Assembly (NCBI GenBank): GCA_004431415.1
Contig: QPMI01000167.1
Coordinates: 1 to 64,000, forward strand
DNA from: Cyanophora paradoxa CCMP329
Taxonomy: Eukaryota; Plantae; Glaucophyta
Direction: 5' to 3'
DNA length: 64,000 bases
Below the pieces are notes generated by a model. That model did no database searches. It was not told the origin of the DNA and saw only the letters and a list, made by a program, of their open reading frames with translations. Made by a program: the position numbers and the translations under genes. This document shows positions 47,478-60,483 of this stretch, piece after piece (positions within the stretch are counted from its first letter, which is position 1; every line of letters begins with the position of its first letter).

Positions 47478-47992
47478 GTGGAATCAACGCTGAAGGGTCG
47501 ACTCAGCGACGGTAGGCAGACTCCGCCGCGACCGCTGGTCCCCGACGGTTGCGCTGGTCCCCTCCTTGACTCGCAGACTCCGCGGCGACCGCTAGTCCCC
47601 GACGGTTGCGCTGATCTCCTTAGTACTAGAATCAGAAGCAAGCGTAACACACGATTTCAACACGCGCTAGGCCCGCGCCCCAGCCTAGCCTGGCCACCGT
47701 TGCGGGATGCAGACGATCTTGCTTGCTTTGTATATGCAGCGATTTCTGCGAAGCTCAGCGCTGCTCGATAATGAGCCAATGCTGCGAACGGTGCACTTGA
47801 CCGTGTACCCGTCCGAAGCGGCTAGTCGGCCAAAACACGGCAGCTGCGCCTGATTTGGCTCAAAGTTAGTGCCGCGTAGTGCTGAAATTGTTGTGACGCG
47901 TGGTGCGACATTGCAGTCGTCAAAGCGGCGCGAAGTTTCAAGCCCGCCGCGGGTCGCGCCTGTCCTTCGGAGTCAGTCGGAACAGGGCGGCT

Positions 47993-49082
47993 ATGGACCT
48001 GTTCAGCATCGTCGAGCAGTTCCGTATCCTATCCGTAGATGTCGAGAATCAACCGTATATCGCAAGGGAGGCGGGCTGCGTTGCGGGCCTCGTGGGCTTC
48101 CTGGCCAACACAGAAGAGAAGGTGCTTATGCATGCGCTGTACGCTCGCGATACGCGGCATGCCTGCGCCGGGACAGCCGTCACGGCGAACGCTGACGCTC
48201 AACCCGCGCAGGTCGTCGACAGCGCCCTGGAGACGCTCGTCAACCTCTCTTCGCACGCAGACAACACCCAGATCCTCGCCGAGGAGCCTGATTTGGTTAC
48301 GCGGCTGAAGTCCATCGCCGACTCCCCATCCAGTTCGCCAACCCTCCTGAAGAAGGCCTCCACGGGTGTGCATACCGCCGCAGCGACTCGGCGGCTCTCT
48401 GACGCGCGTGCACGGCGCAGTGTTGCGCAACCTGGGCCTGTCTAAGGACGGGCAGGCGGACGATAAACCCGCAGCTGGCGCTGGCGTGGACATGACATCT
48501 CCGAGCGAGCCGCCTCCTCCCGAGGTGATGAAGCCGTTCTGGTACGGGACATTCTGCTCGCTTGTAAGTGCCTCTTTTCTCTTTCGCGCCTTCTTATCGG
48601 TTTTCTACGGCAGGAACATTGATGTTCAGATCGATGGGATGAGCTATCCGGAAGACCGGACGCGCGTGGAAGCGGTCCTGGTGCAGATCACCGGAGTGGT
48701 GTCGTTCGTGTGCGACCTGCAGCTTGAGCGCGCCTCTGTACGGGCGAAGGTCTCCGCGGAGGAGCTTGGGCTCCTGCAGAGGCTGCAGTCGGAAGGCTTC
48801 CCCGCGACGCTCGTGAACGAGGCGCAAGACACGGAGGCGGAGATGGCGGCGCGGGCGGCGAAGGAGAAGGAGGCGGCGGCGGCACCGACGATGGCCGAGC
48901 TGCCATCCACGATGTCCTTCAAGAAGGGCGCGAAGTACGCGCGGGCGCTGGCGCCCCGCGACAACTCCTCCCTCGCGGAGCGCCTCGAGGAGCAGCGGCG
49001 GGCACAGCTCAAGAAGAAGCACAAAGAGCAGCAGGCCCGCAAGAGCGTCGTCGGCTTCTTCAAGAACATCTTCAGCTCCTAG
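47993..49082 (+). CDS. ARMC1: ARMC1-like protein (armadillo repeat + HMA-like domain)
   Basis: MDLFSIVEQFRILSVDVENQPYIAREAGCVAGLVGFL...VVDSALETL; IDVQIDGM...LVQITGVVSFVCDL...RASVR, matching the ARMC1 pattern. Confidence 0.8.
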
Positions 49083-49300
49083 CTATAGGCTTTTTTTTTA
49101 GTTCCGTCTGCCCTAGCTTTTCACACACGCGCCCGCTTTTCTTTTCCCTCCCTCCTGCCCCACACCTCTCCTGCGCGCGGCACGGCGCGCTTGTTCTGTT
49201 CCTGCATTGAAACTCGGAAATCGGCACGCAAGGGGATGCGGGAGGGCAAGGGCGGCGCGTGGGGGCGGGGGCGAGGGCCGCCGGGCGACGGGGGGACGCC

Positions 49301-51741
49301 CTACATCCAGGAGACGCTTGTGTGGCGCTCGACGTACGGGTCCTCCAGCTCGCTCCTGCGCGGGGGCCGCGTCAGGGTCGCGGGGCGGCGAGCGGGGCGG
49401 GGGACGGGGCGCGCGTCTTGCGGGTCCAGAAGTAGTGGCGGCGCTTGGCCTTCTCGTAGGTGCGCAGCTCGCTCTGGTCCCCCGTGAGGCGCAGCCCCGT
49501 GAGCACCGGCCGCCTGCACGAGCGCCCCGCGAGCGCCGCATCGGCGGGGCGCGAGGCGGGGCGGGGCGGGGCGGGGCGGGGCGGGGCGCGCCGCTGGCCG
49601 GCCTCGTCGTAGCTGCGGATGCTGAAGTAGCCCGAGTGGGAGTAGCCGCGCTCGCCCGTCAGCGTGATGCGGTCCACCGTGATCTCCACCTGCCCCCGCC
49701 CGGCGCGCGTGAGGGCGGGGGCGGGGCGGGGCGGGGCGGGGGCGGGGCGGGCCTCGACGGTGTCGTGGGAGACGAAGACGACGCGGGCCTTGGCCTCGGC
49801 GAGGTCGGTGGCGTCCAGCGGCTTCTTGAATGTCACCCGGTGCATCGCGATCGTGTACATGTTCAGGTTCCGCGTGAAGTGCCGCGCGCAGTAGCTCGCC
49901 ACCCGCTCCATCCACTCCTGGCCGCCCCCTCAGCGCCCGGCGGCACGGCCGGCGGGGGGGAGGGGCGCGCGAGAATGTCGCCCCCGAAGATCTTGTTGTA
50001 GACGTTGAGGTTGCGGGGCAGGAACTGCTTCTGGGCGCAGATCTCGGTCTCGGCCATGGTGAGGAACTCCTTCTTGGCGCGGTTCAGGGGGTCCTCCACC
50101 TGCTCCAGCAGCAGCGGCGGCGCGTTCCCCGCGTCGATCGCCGACTCGCTCCGCTGCGCCCCGCCCCCCTCAGCCGCACCCGGCGCCGGGCGCGCGCGGC
50201 GGGGCGCGCCTGGATCTCCTCGGCGAGGGCCTTGCGGCGGGCGACGCGGGCGAGCACCAGCGCCTCCTCCTCCGGGTTGTCGAACCTGCGCCGCCCCGCC
50301 CTCGGCCCGGAGCCCCGCGGCCCGGGCGGGGCCGCCGGCGCGCACTGGACAAAGGGGACGCCCTTCTTGGGGACGCCCCGCGCGTCCAGGGCGACCTGCG
50401 CCGCCTCAGGGCGGGGGCGGGGGCGGGGCGGGGCGGGGCGGGGGCGGGGCGGGCCATGGTGAGGTAGGCGTGCTGGGTGGGGCGGAACTCGCGGGCGAGG
50501 AGGTCCTGCTTGTAGACCTGCACCTCCACCACCACCGAGCTCGACCCCACGCTGATCACCCGCCCCTCCGCCCGCACCAGGTCCTGCCCCCCGCACCTCG
50601 CCCCCGGCCCCGGGCCGCGGCGGGGGGGCGGGCGGGCCTGGTGCATGATGGGGGAGCGGAGGTCGACGCGGTCGACGGCCATGGTGACGCAGGGCGAGCC
50701 GCAGTGGCTGTACGCGATCCTCCCCGCCAGCACGTCCACCTGCCCCGCGCCGCCCCTCAGCCCCCGCCCCGCCCCCGCCCCGCCCCCGCCGCACCAGCGA
50801 GAGCACGTATCCGGGCGCCATCCGGCGGCCCTGCAGCGTCTCCTCCCCCACGATCTGCCCCCGCCGCCATCGCCGGAGCGCACGGACGGCGCGCGGAGGC
50901 GGGCGGGGCGGGCGCGCCTCGGCCATGTACTGCTGCGTGGGGGCCTTGGCGATGCGCTTGGCGCCCTGGCTGCTGCCGGCGCCGCCGTCGCTCCCCGAGG
51001 CGGCGGCACGAAGGCCATCTCCGGCGTCCGCCTCCTCGAGGGAGCGCTTTGCCGCCTTGTTCTTCTCCGCCGTCGTCGCCAGCTCGAAGTTGTGCGCGCT
51101 CCGCAGGTGGTTCCTGTAGTTCTTCTGCCCCATCTTCGCGTCGTACGTGTACCCGCAGATCGCCCCTTGCACTTCGATGATGCAGATGCCGCCGACCTGC
51201 CGCCCCCCGCGTTGGCATCGCCCGCGTCGAACCCGACGCGCCGCGCGCATCCCCGTACAGATTCGAACCTCGCAGATGGCACCATTGGCGGGGTTGTGCT
51301 TCCCGACTGCGCGGCGGGGTCGAGAGCGCCGGGCGCAGAGGGCGCGTGACGGGGCCCACCTGCGCTGAAGCGGTAGATGTGCGCGCTGGGCTCGCGAATC
51401 GCGCACTGTTGGCGCTTATCGTGCCACGACGGGTGGATCTCCGGATACCAGCTCGAGCCGGCCGGCAGCGGGCGCGGCAGGCGGATAGGGGCGTGGGTCG
51501 ACGGGTGCGCTGGGGTGGGCGGGCCGGTCGCCTGCCCCGCGGGCACAATGGCCGTCTCCGTTGAGCCGCTAGGACCCGCAGGGGATGCCGGGATAGCAAC
51601 CGGAGTGGCGTTAGCGAGGGCAACTGCTGGCAATCGGTCGGGGCTGGCCTGCTGCGGAATATCGCCGCCGCCGCCCGAGGACTGCAGCGGGTCGAAACCG
51701 AGCGGCATCGCGAGCGGCAGCTCTTCTCCTCCGCCGTCCAT
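49301..51741 (-). CDS. Double-hotdog acyl-CoA thioesterase with an N-terminal BED-finger-like region
   Basis: CVTMAVDRVDLRSPI, EGRVISVGSSSVVVEV, AYLTMVALD, FLPRNLNVYNKIFGGDILEWMERVA, SHSGYF; upstream CIIEVQGAICGYTY...KNYRNHLRSAH. Confidence 0.85.
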
Positions 51742-51916
51742 GCGCGCTTGCGCCTTTTCTGCTTGCGCTATCGATAGGTTTCCTCTACGCTTAGCACTAA
51801 TATTTTGGGAGAACTGAAAGCTTGCGAAACAGGGGCCTCGAACGCGCGAGGTGTGGCTCGTGACCTCAGATCGCGCCCCGTCGGGATTCGAACTGTGGTT
51901 TTCAGAGTTCGCCTGG

Positions 51917-54013
51917 ATGGGCGGCCAACCCAGCTACTTCGCAGACAACGTCATTCCGAGAGAACTAGAGAACGTCATTCCGGTCCAGCACACAAGAGCA
52001 GCGCCCTTCTCCCCTGCCGCCGCGGCGCCCGAGCCGTCAACCGCTGACAGCCCGGCGCCTGAGCTCGGCGGAATTGCTGAGGATGTGAGTCGGCGAGATC
52101 CGTACAGATCGTTGCCGCGCAGGGCGCAGGCGCTGCCGCTGCGTACCGACGATGCGTCGGCCTGTGGCCCTGCTTCCGCCGGCGCTGCGGCGTCTAGCGA
52201 GCCGCGTGGGGCCCGGGCCGAGCTCGGCCCTCCCGCGTCGGATCTGCAGCCGCCAGCGCAATCCCCAGTCTCCGCGGCACCTCATGAGGCGCCGCCATCG
52301 CGCTCCGAGAGCCCGGCGAAATCCCCCAGATTGAAGGGCCCCGGGAAGCCCTCGCCGCGGGGCGCGCCAGTACGAGGCCTGACGGTACCTCGCGCTCGCC
52401 TGCACGGCGCGCGGCGGGGCCCAACGCCTTGCTCCGCAGCGCTCCTCGTCGCTGACGGGGTCGCGGAAGGCCTTCCTGGCGGCCCTCAGCGAGCTCCTCG
52501 GCGGCCCCGTGCGCCCCGCCCGCCGCGCCCCGCTCTGTCCTCCGAGCACCGAGCGCCGCGCCAGGAGGAGGGCGAGGAGCGCCGGAGGCCGGCGCGCGCA
52601 TCCGCCCCTGCTGCCTCGGGCCCCGCCGAGGCCGCGCAGGCCCCGGGGCACCAGGAGGCGCCGCCCCGGCCCCCGTCCCAAGCCGACCCCGCGGCCGGCG
52701 TCCTTGCGGCCGCCTTCGCCCCTCCGCTGCACGCGGCCCGCGGGGGCGCCGTGCCGCCGATCGCTGCGCCGTCGGCGCCCGAGGCGGCCGAGTCGCCGCG
52801 GCGCAAGGCGAAGCCTCGGCGGAGCCTGGAGGTGCGCGGCAGTCGCCGGACGCGGGAGCGAGGGGCGGGGCGAGCGGGGCGCAGGGGTCGCGTGGCCGGA
52901 ACCCCTTCCTCGCCGCCTTCGCCGAGATCATCGCCGACCCCTCGGTGCGCCGCACGCCGCCCGCCCCGCCCAGGCGCCCCCGCGAGGCGCGAGCCTCCGA
53001 GCCTCCCGCAGGACGAGGAGGCGCCCCGGGCGGCGCCGCGGGCCGGCCGCCCCTCCCCTCGCTGCGCTCGCGCTCCACGGACGGCCTCTCGCGGCACTCC
53101 CCGCGGACCTCGCCTCGCCCCCGCCCGACCCGCCCCCGGGGCGCGTCGGCGGGCCGGGCGTGGGGGCCGGCGGCGGCCGACGGCGCGGCACCAGGAGGCG
53201 CTGGCGGCGGCGCAGCTGACGGTCTCCGTGCCGGAGGCGCTGCTCGCGGGGCACGGGCCCCGCCGCACGTCCTCGCCGGCGGGCCGGCCGCCGCCACGCC
53301 CCGCGCTCCGTCGCCGTCTCCCCGGCCGGGGCGCCCCTCCACCCCGCCCACGCGCCCGCCCCCTCCGCGGCGGGCGCCAGCCCTGCCGCCCCCTCGCCCC
53401 TGCCCGGGGCCCCGCGGCCAGCCTCCCCTGCGGCCCTCGCGCGCCGCCACTCGGCCGAGTCGCCCGTCTCGCCCCCGCCGTCGAGCCGACCCGGTGCCAG
53501 CGGCGGGAGGGGAGGGGCGGCCGCCGCTGCGGCGCGCATCCACGGGCCTTGTGATGCCCAGCGGGTGGGCGGGGGCGGGGCAGGCGGGCGGGGAGCGGCC
53601 TCTCGTGGTGAGCCTCGGTGGCACCATCCCCAAGGTGCGGGCGAGGGAGCTGCGCTTCGGGGGGCCGGGGCGGGGGCCGAGGCGGGGCGGGGCAGGTGGT
53701 GAAGCGGTCGCGGCTGCTCGCGGAGATGCGGAAGATGAGCGAGCGGTACGGGCGGAGCGTCGTCCTCGCCCTCCCCCGCGGCGTCGCCGTCGAGGAGGAC
53801 GTCCCCGGCGGCGCCCACTCCGCCCTCCTCCTCCGCCACGCCCCCGCCGCCCCCGGCCCCGGCCCCGCCCCCGCCCCCGCCCCCGCCCCGCGCTCTGGCC
53901 CCGCGCGGCCGTCGTCGGCGGCCTCGCTGGGGGCCCGCAGCGTCGCCCTCTCGGTCGCCCCGTCCCTCGCCGCCGTCTCCGAGGGCGCCGCCCCGCTCCT
54001 CCAGGCAGGCTAG
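51917..54013 (+). CDS. Hypothetical Pro/Ala-rich protein (MGGQPS start)
   Basis: ATG 51917, intron-interrupted low-complexity exons, last exon VVKRSRLLAEMRKMSERYG...QAG*. Confidence 0.45.
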
Positions 54014-54258
54014 GCCCCGCTGCTCCCCCCTATGCCCCTATGCCTAATTCCACTGCCCCGCCGAGATCTCTTATGGTACAATCCAGTCGATCGCTTGCTC
54101 TGTCTCCCGGGTGCGGTGCCCGACTGCCCGAGGCGGGTGCCGGCGCCGTGGCGCGCGTGCACGCCTGACCGGCACGTTTCGCTGTGTCACGTGTCACGGT
54201 TGCTTTGGAGCCTCGAGATCTGAAGTCGCTAGCCTGTCTGCGCGCCGCACTGCGCGCG

Positions 54259-56288
54259 CTACTCTGCCGGCGCCGCCTCCTCGCCGCCCTCCGCCGGCGC
54301 CCCCTCCGCGGGGGCCTCCCCTTCCGCGCCGCCCTCCGCCGGCGCCCCCTCGCCCTCCGCCGCCGCCGCCGCCCCTTCGCCCTCCGCCGCCCTTCCGCCG
54401 CCACCGCCCCCTCCGCCGGCGCCTCGCCGCCCTCTGCGGCCGCCGTCGTGAGCAGGGAGGGGCGGAGGGGCGGGGCGGGCAGCTGGGCACCGCCGGCCGC
54501 GGCCGCGGCTGCGCGCGCCTCCTCCTCCTCGGCCATCTTGCGCGCCGCCTCCTCCTCTTCTATCCGCTTGCGCTCCTCCTCCTCGAGGCTGCGGCACGGG
54601 CTCGAGGCGGCCGGCGCCGCGGCGAGGCGCGGCGCCGGCAGCGCACCGCTTGCGCTCCGCCTCCTCCTCCTCGAGCCGCTTCCGCTCCTCCTCCTCCAGC
54701 CTCCTCCGCTCCTCCTCCTCCGCCTTGCGCGCCGCCTCCTCCTCCGCTTTCTGCGGCGCGGCCTCGGCCCGCGGCGGGGGAGGCCGGGGCGGGGGCGGGG
54801 GCGGGGGCGCACGATGCGGGCCTCCTCCTCCTCGCGCTCCTTGCGCTCGCGGGTGAGCTCGGCGGCCTGCTCGCGCTCCTCCTGCGTGACCTCCTCCTTG
54901 TCGAGCTTCTTGAGGCGGGTGAGGATGATGAGGACCTCGACCCGGTAGTTCTCCGTCTCCGCCACGGGGTTCTCCGCCAGCGTCAGGTGCTCCAGCGCCG
55001 GCAGCACGAGCAGCTTCTTGAGCTCGTCGAGCGCCTCGATGCGGTTGGCGCGCAGGTTGAGGCGCTTGAGGGAGGCGAGGGCGGGGGTGAAGCCGTCGAG
55101 CTTCTTTATGCGGTTCTCGCGCAGGTGCAGCGCCTCGAGCGCCGCCAGCGCCTCCAGGTCCCGCACCTCCGCGATCCGGTTCTGCGCCTGCGCCCCGCCC
55201 CCGCCTCGCCCCGCGCCCCCGCACCGCCCCCCGCGCCCCGCCCCCCGCCCCCGCCCACCATCCACAGCGTCTTCAGGCTCGCCACGTGGACGCCCCCCGT
55301 GTGCTTCAGCCTGTTGCCGCGGATCTCGAGCCTCCTGAGCTGGGGCAGCTCCTGCAGGCCTGCCACCTCCTCGATCTTGTTCCCTGCGCCGGCGTCGCCT
55401 CCCGGGGCGGGGCGCGGCGCGGGGCGCGGGGTCGGCACCGTTGAGGTTGAGGTCGACGAGCATCGGGAGCTGCATCTTCTCCATCGCCTTGATCTTGTTC
55501 TTCGACAGGTTCAGCGTCTGCAGGTACTGCAGCCCGTTCAACTGCCCGCACTGCGCCCCCGCCCGTGTCAGATTTCCCGCCCCCGCCGGGGCGCCCCGGG
55601 GGGAGGGCGCCGCCCACCGACGTGATCTGGTTGCTCTCGAAGTTGGCGGCGATGATGTAGGGGAGCTTGGAGACTGCGCTGACGTCCGGCACCACGTTCT
55701 TCGACAGGTCGATGATTCGCAGATGCTGGAACTGCGCCACGATCGACACGTCGCTCACCGGCGGCTCCTTGCCCTGCGCCCCGCCCGCCGCCCGTGAGCT
55801 TCGCGACCCAAGCGCGGCGGTCTGCGCGCGGCCGCACCACGAGCGCAAGCTTTGTGTATGCGTATGAGAGGCCGTCCACTGTCGTGCTCAGCTGGCTAAG
55901 GCCGTCGCTCAGGACTTCGAGCTTGAGCGGCTCCCCTGGCGGCACCTCTGGCTCGGGCTCTTCCGGCTCCTCCGGCTCAGCCGCTTCCTGCGGATAAAGC
56001 GTGCCGTTAGGGTGCAACTATTGCGCTTCATGTCTGCCCTGCTACGGTGGGGGGGCCGGACGAGCCCCTGGAGACGCGGCAGGAAGCGGGAGCCAACAGG
56101 CTGACGTCCGCAAGACACTTTACGTATGTGCGCGGCGCCGGCGGACCCGCGGCACGGTCCTAGCTAAGAAGCCATTGAACTGCCCGGCGCGGAGTGCTGG
56201 CAGGCGCACGACGCACCTCTGGTGCCTTCTCACCCTCTTCAACATCCTCCTGCTGAGTAGGGTCGTCGTCCTCTCCGACTGGATCCAT
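54259..56288 (-). CDS. LRRC23: LRRC23-like axonemal (radial spoke-associated) LRR protein
   Basis: DGLSQLSTTVDGLSYAYTKL, HLRIIDLSKN, LRRLEIRGNRL, LEALHLRENRIKKLDGF, LTLAENPVAETENYRVEVL...LKKLDKEEV; acidic N- and C-termini. Confidence 0.85.
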
Positions 56289-56330
56289 CCGAATTCTGCT
56301 TTTCTTGGGGTACCGAGACTTCGTTCTCAG

Positions 56331-57965
56331 AATGAACGCGACGAAGCCGCAGCGAAGCCCGCCGCCGCGGCCCCTGCGGAGGCCGCCCAGGCCGGAGAAA
56401 GCTCAGCAAAACGATTTCGCGTCACTCCCGACGTCGGCGCTCACGTCCGAGCTCGCCAAGCTCACACGGATTTCGGCGACGCTGCTGCTGCAGGATGGCG
56501 GGGAGAAGGTGCGCTGTGATCATGTAAAGAGTGCGCCTGCGCTCCGGTTTAACGCGGCGCCAGCTACGAGCGCGTGTAGAAGCGCTGCAGCGCGAAATCG
56601 AAGCCCGCTCGCTGGAGGATGCTCTGGGATCTCTGCACATGCATTGCGGTGATTTATTCTCGGATTCACTGCGCGCGAAGCTGCGATCTGCGCGCTCACA
56701 TGACCTCAGACCCGCCGGACCCAGCTGCAGCCGCGGCCAGTCAGCCCCGCCGTGCGACGCGCCGCGCGGCCGAGCCCTCATCTCATTTAAAACGGGATCA
56801 CTCCTGGCGCAGAGCTCACAAAGCTCACAAACGGGGCGCCTAGGCCCGAGACCGAATCACATACTCCGCCGGCAGTGCGCGGCGCGGCGCCTCGCGGTGC
56901 GCGTATCCGTGAAGTGAGCGGCAGGACGGAGTGGCGGCGAGCACGTCGGAGGGGCGGGAGAGGGGCGCGTCAGGTTCGACCGCCGGGCGGGGGAAGCCGC
57001 AGCGGACGGCAGTGGCGATCCCCGTGGCGCTCGCCGCGGACATCGAGGGGCGGTACGCGGCGGCGATGCGCAAGGCCGAGGAGGCGGCGCGGACCCGCAG
57101 CGAGGAGCTCACCCGCCGCCGGCGCGAGCTCGCCGAGGCCCGCGGTGCTTCCGCCCTCCCCGACAGGTGCCCGGGGCCACGCGAGACCTCTCAGCCAGCC
57201 CCCCCGCAAGCTCGCCGCGAGCAGGGGCCTGAGCGGGGGCGACTTCGACCGGGCGGGACCGTCCGAGGGTGCGGCGGTACCGGCGCCGGCGGTGCCAACG
57301 GCGGCGCGCGACGTGGCCACCCTCGCACCCGGCGCTGCCGGCGACGCACTCGGTCCGCTCAGGCCTGGGGCCGCTTTGGGCGTCGCCGCCTCTGAGACGT
57401 CCCGTGGACACAGCCTCCCGGTTCGGGCCTCCGCGGGGCGCCTCGCCGGCGAACTCTGAGAGCGACGGCGAGGGGGCCAAGGTGCCTCCCGCCCCCCGCT
57501 CCCCGTCCGGCCGCCCGCTGAGGGCCGCGGCAGCCGTACGACGTCGTCACGCTGCCGAGGAGGGGCGGCCATGGCCAGGGGGCCCGCCCGCGCGGCAAGG
57601 GCAAGGGCAAGGGCAGGGGGAGGGGCCGGGGGGGGGGCCCGACGCGGCCCGTAGCGGCGGCCCCCAAAGGCCCCCCGCTGAGGTGCGGGACCTCGGGATT
57701 GCGGGGATCAGATGTGGGGGCGCAGGGAGTGACGGGGGCGGGGCGGGGCGGGGCAGCCCGCGGTCGGCGTTCGTGGCGGTGGACCCGAGCGCGGGAAACG
57801 ACTCGGAGCAGGACGAGTGCGCCACCCTGCCCGCTCCGATCCCGCCGCCCGCCCTCACGCGGGGCGCCGGGGCGCCACAGGGCCCCCCTCTCGTTCGCGT
57901 GGGACGCCCCCTCGGGCAGCGAGGACGACGGCGAGGACGCCCGGTCGGAGCGGGAGTACGATTAG
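56331..57965 (+). CDS. Hypothetical protein with an N-terminal coiled coil
   Basis: ATG 56331; LQDGGEK|LRARVEALQREIE; later low-complexity exons ending SEREYD*. Confidence 0.5.
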
Positions 57966-58141
57966 GCCGAGGCAGCGGGCGGCGTGCGCGCAGCTGCCGG
58001 CTGTCCACCCGTCTCAATGCACGTTACTCGGTGTTCTCAGGAAAAAGCGTGCGCGGCGTGCGCCATGCATCGGGGCATGCGGGGGAAAGGTCTCCTACCT
58101 CTCTCTTCTATCTCAAACTGCTCCGTGTTTCTGCTGCGCGT

Positions 58142-60280
58142 CTAGCTCGACTCCTCCGCCTTGGCCTCCTCCTTGGCGGCCTCCTCCGTGCTCTCCTTTT
58201 CCTCGGCCTTCTTGTCCTGCACAGCGCCGGGTGAGCTGCGCTGTCGGCCGCGGGGCGCGGGGGCCCCGGGGGAGCCGCGCATGCCTCCTTGTCCTTCTTC
58301 TTGTCCTTGCTCTTCTCCTTCTTGTCGCTCTTCTCCTTCTTCTCCTACGCATGCGCAGACACTCACCCCTGGGGCGGGCGGGCGCCGGGCACAGCCAGGA
58401 ACCGCACCTTCTTTTCCTTGCTGTCCTTCTCCTTCTTCTCCTTCTTCGGCTTCTCATCCCCCTCCTCCTTCGCCTCCTGTCCCCACGTCAGCCGCTGCCG
58501 AGGCTCCAGGCCGCGCCGGCCTTCAAACCAGGCACCATCTTTTCCTTCTTCTCCTTCTTGGGAGTGGTCTTCGCCTTCTTGGCGGGCTGCGAGAGGCGTG
58601 TCGGCGGGGCGAGGGGCGCCGGGCAACGCGCGCCGCACCGCCTCCTCCGCCGATTCGTCGGCTTCCTCCGATGCCGACTTGCGCTTCCTGTCCTTCGCTT
58701 CCGCCTTCTCCTTCTTCGGCTTCTCCTCCTTCTCCTTCTTCTCCGCCTTCCCCTTCTTCTCCTGCACGCGGCGGCGCTCGGCTCGTGCGTACGCGCGCAG
58801 CGGTGGGGGGGCGGACCTTCTTCTCCGCCTTCTCCTCCTTCTTCTTCTCCTTCTTCTCCCCCTTGTCCTCCCCGCGCTGCTTCTTCGACGGCTGCGCCGC
58901 GCCTCAGTCGCGAGCTCGCTGGCGACGCGGCCGGGAGGCAGAGGGGCGGGGCGCGCCATGACTTCCTTCTCGCTCTCCTCCTCCTCGCTGCCCTCGTCCT
59001 CGCTCTTCGCCGCCTTCTTCTCGGTATTCTTCTTCTTCTTGGGGGTTCCCTTGTCCTTCTGCAGAAAGGGCACTCAGTCGGACGCCCCGCCAGTGGCCGC
59101 GCCGGCCTTCTCCGCACCTTCTCTGAAGCCGCGCTGCTGCGCTTCCGCTTGGCGCCCTTCGACTTCTTGTCGGTGGGGGCCTCAGCGCTCAGCTGCGGGG
59201 CGCGTCGGCCCGTCGGCTCCCGCTCCGTGGAACAGCAGCGGGGCACGGGGCACCTTCTTGCTCTCCTTGTTCTCCTGGGGGTTCTCGAGCCAGTCGACGA
59301 GGGCCTTGATGAGGTCCTCCTTCTTGCCCGAGCGCGGCAGCTCCAGCATCGCCATCACGTCCTTCAGGAAGTCCATCTTCCACCGCCCGCAGCTGTCCTC
59401 CACCGCCTCCCGCTTCAGCTTCTCGTCGTACACCAGCCCGCTGAACTGCAGCAGGTTCTTCCGCGCCTCGCCCTGCCACACCGGGTCCGTGAGCCGGCGG
59501 CCCCCCGCGCCGCGGCGGACGGACCTTGGGGGCATGCTTGCGAAAGACAACACGGTGCAGTACCACGAGCGCCTCGTCATCGCGCGGGCGCTTTTCCATC
59601 AGGATTTTCACTGCCGCGAGGCCGTCGGCGTGGGCGCGATTTTGAGCGCCCCACAGCCGGCGCCTGCCCGCGCACCGTTGTGGATCTCGCCGAGCGGTGT
59701 GCCATTGCCCTTCTTGATCACAACCTCCTTATCCTTCTCGTCTGCAGCGATTGAGAGGCGCTCGACCTGCTTGTGCTCACGAGAGCTTTTGCGTGCAGGC
59801 TCGACGACGGGCTTGGGCTCCTTCGCCTTCTTGGGCTCCCTGGGCTTCTTCTCCTTCGGTTCACCGCCCTCCTCGCCATCCTTCTTCTCCTTCGCCGCGC
59901 CGCCGCGCCCCTGCGCCGGTCATTTCAGTTGGCCGCTTCCCGCGCGCCCATTGCCCGGTTAAGGAGGATGTCCTCGTAACGAAATTAATCACCTTGCCCT
60001 TGCCCTTCTTTGCGACCGTGGGCTTGGATTCCTCTGCCTTGGATACATCTGCCATGGCGCCGACCGGTCAGCAGTTATGCGCACAGCTCAGTGCGGAGAT
60101 CGATCAGTTGCGATTAACGCGCCGCGCCTACAACGGCATGTGCGTCCGGGGCCGGCGCAGACAGTTTCGCGGCGAACGCTCGCTTCAAACAGGCGCACCG
60201 GCCTCGGAGGCAGCCTCGGGCTTCGTCTCCTTCGTCTCCTCCGGCTTGGCGGCGTCCTTCATCTCAGCGTCGCTCGACAT
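58142..60280 (-). CDS. DEK: DEK-like chromatin protein
   Basis: REHKQVERL...IKKGNGTPLGEIHNV...LHRVVF...RKNLLQFSG...LELPRSGKKEDLIKALVDWLENP (DEK central/SAP region); K/E-rich tail; no DEK_C domain seen. Confidence 0.85.
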
Positions 60281-60483
60281 CCAAGACGAAATTTGAAGTG
60301 GTCGAAGTGGGTATGGGATTTGGAGTGGGGTACGCGCAGAAGCGGTGGCAAGCGAGCGCCCCCCGCGTGCGGCTCACGCCCTATCGTGCAGGCGCTAGCC
60401 CGCAGAAAGCGGTCGCGTGAACCGGCCCTCGCCGGCGTGCGAGTGCCCTAGTAGGGCATCGGCGCGCATGTGTCCACCCGCGA

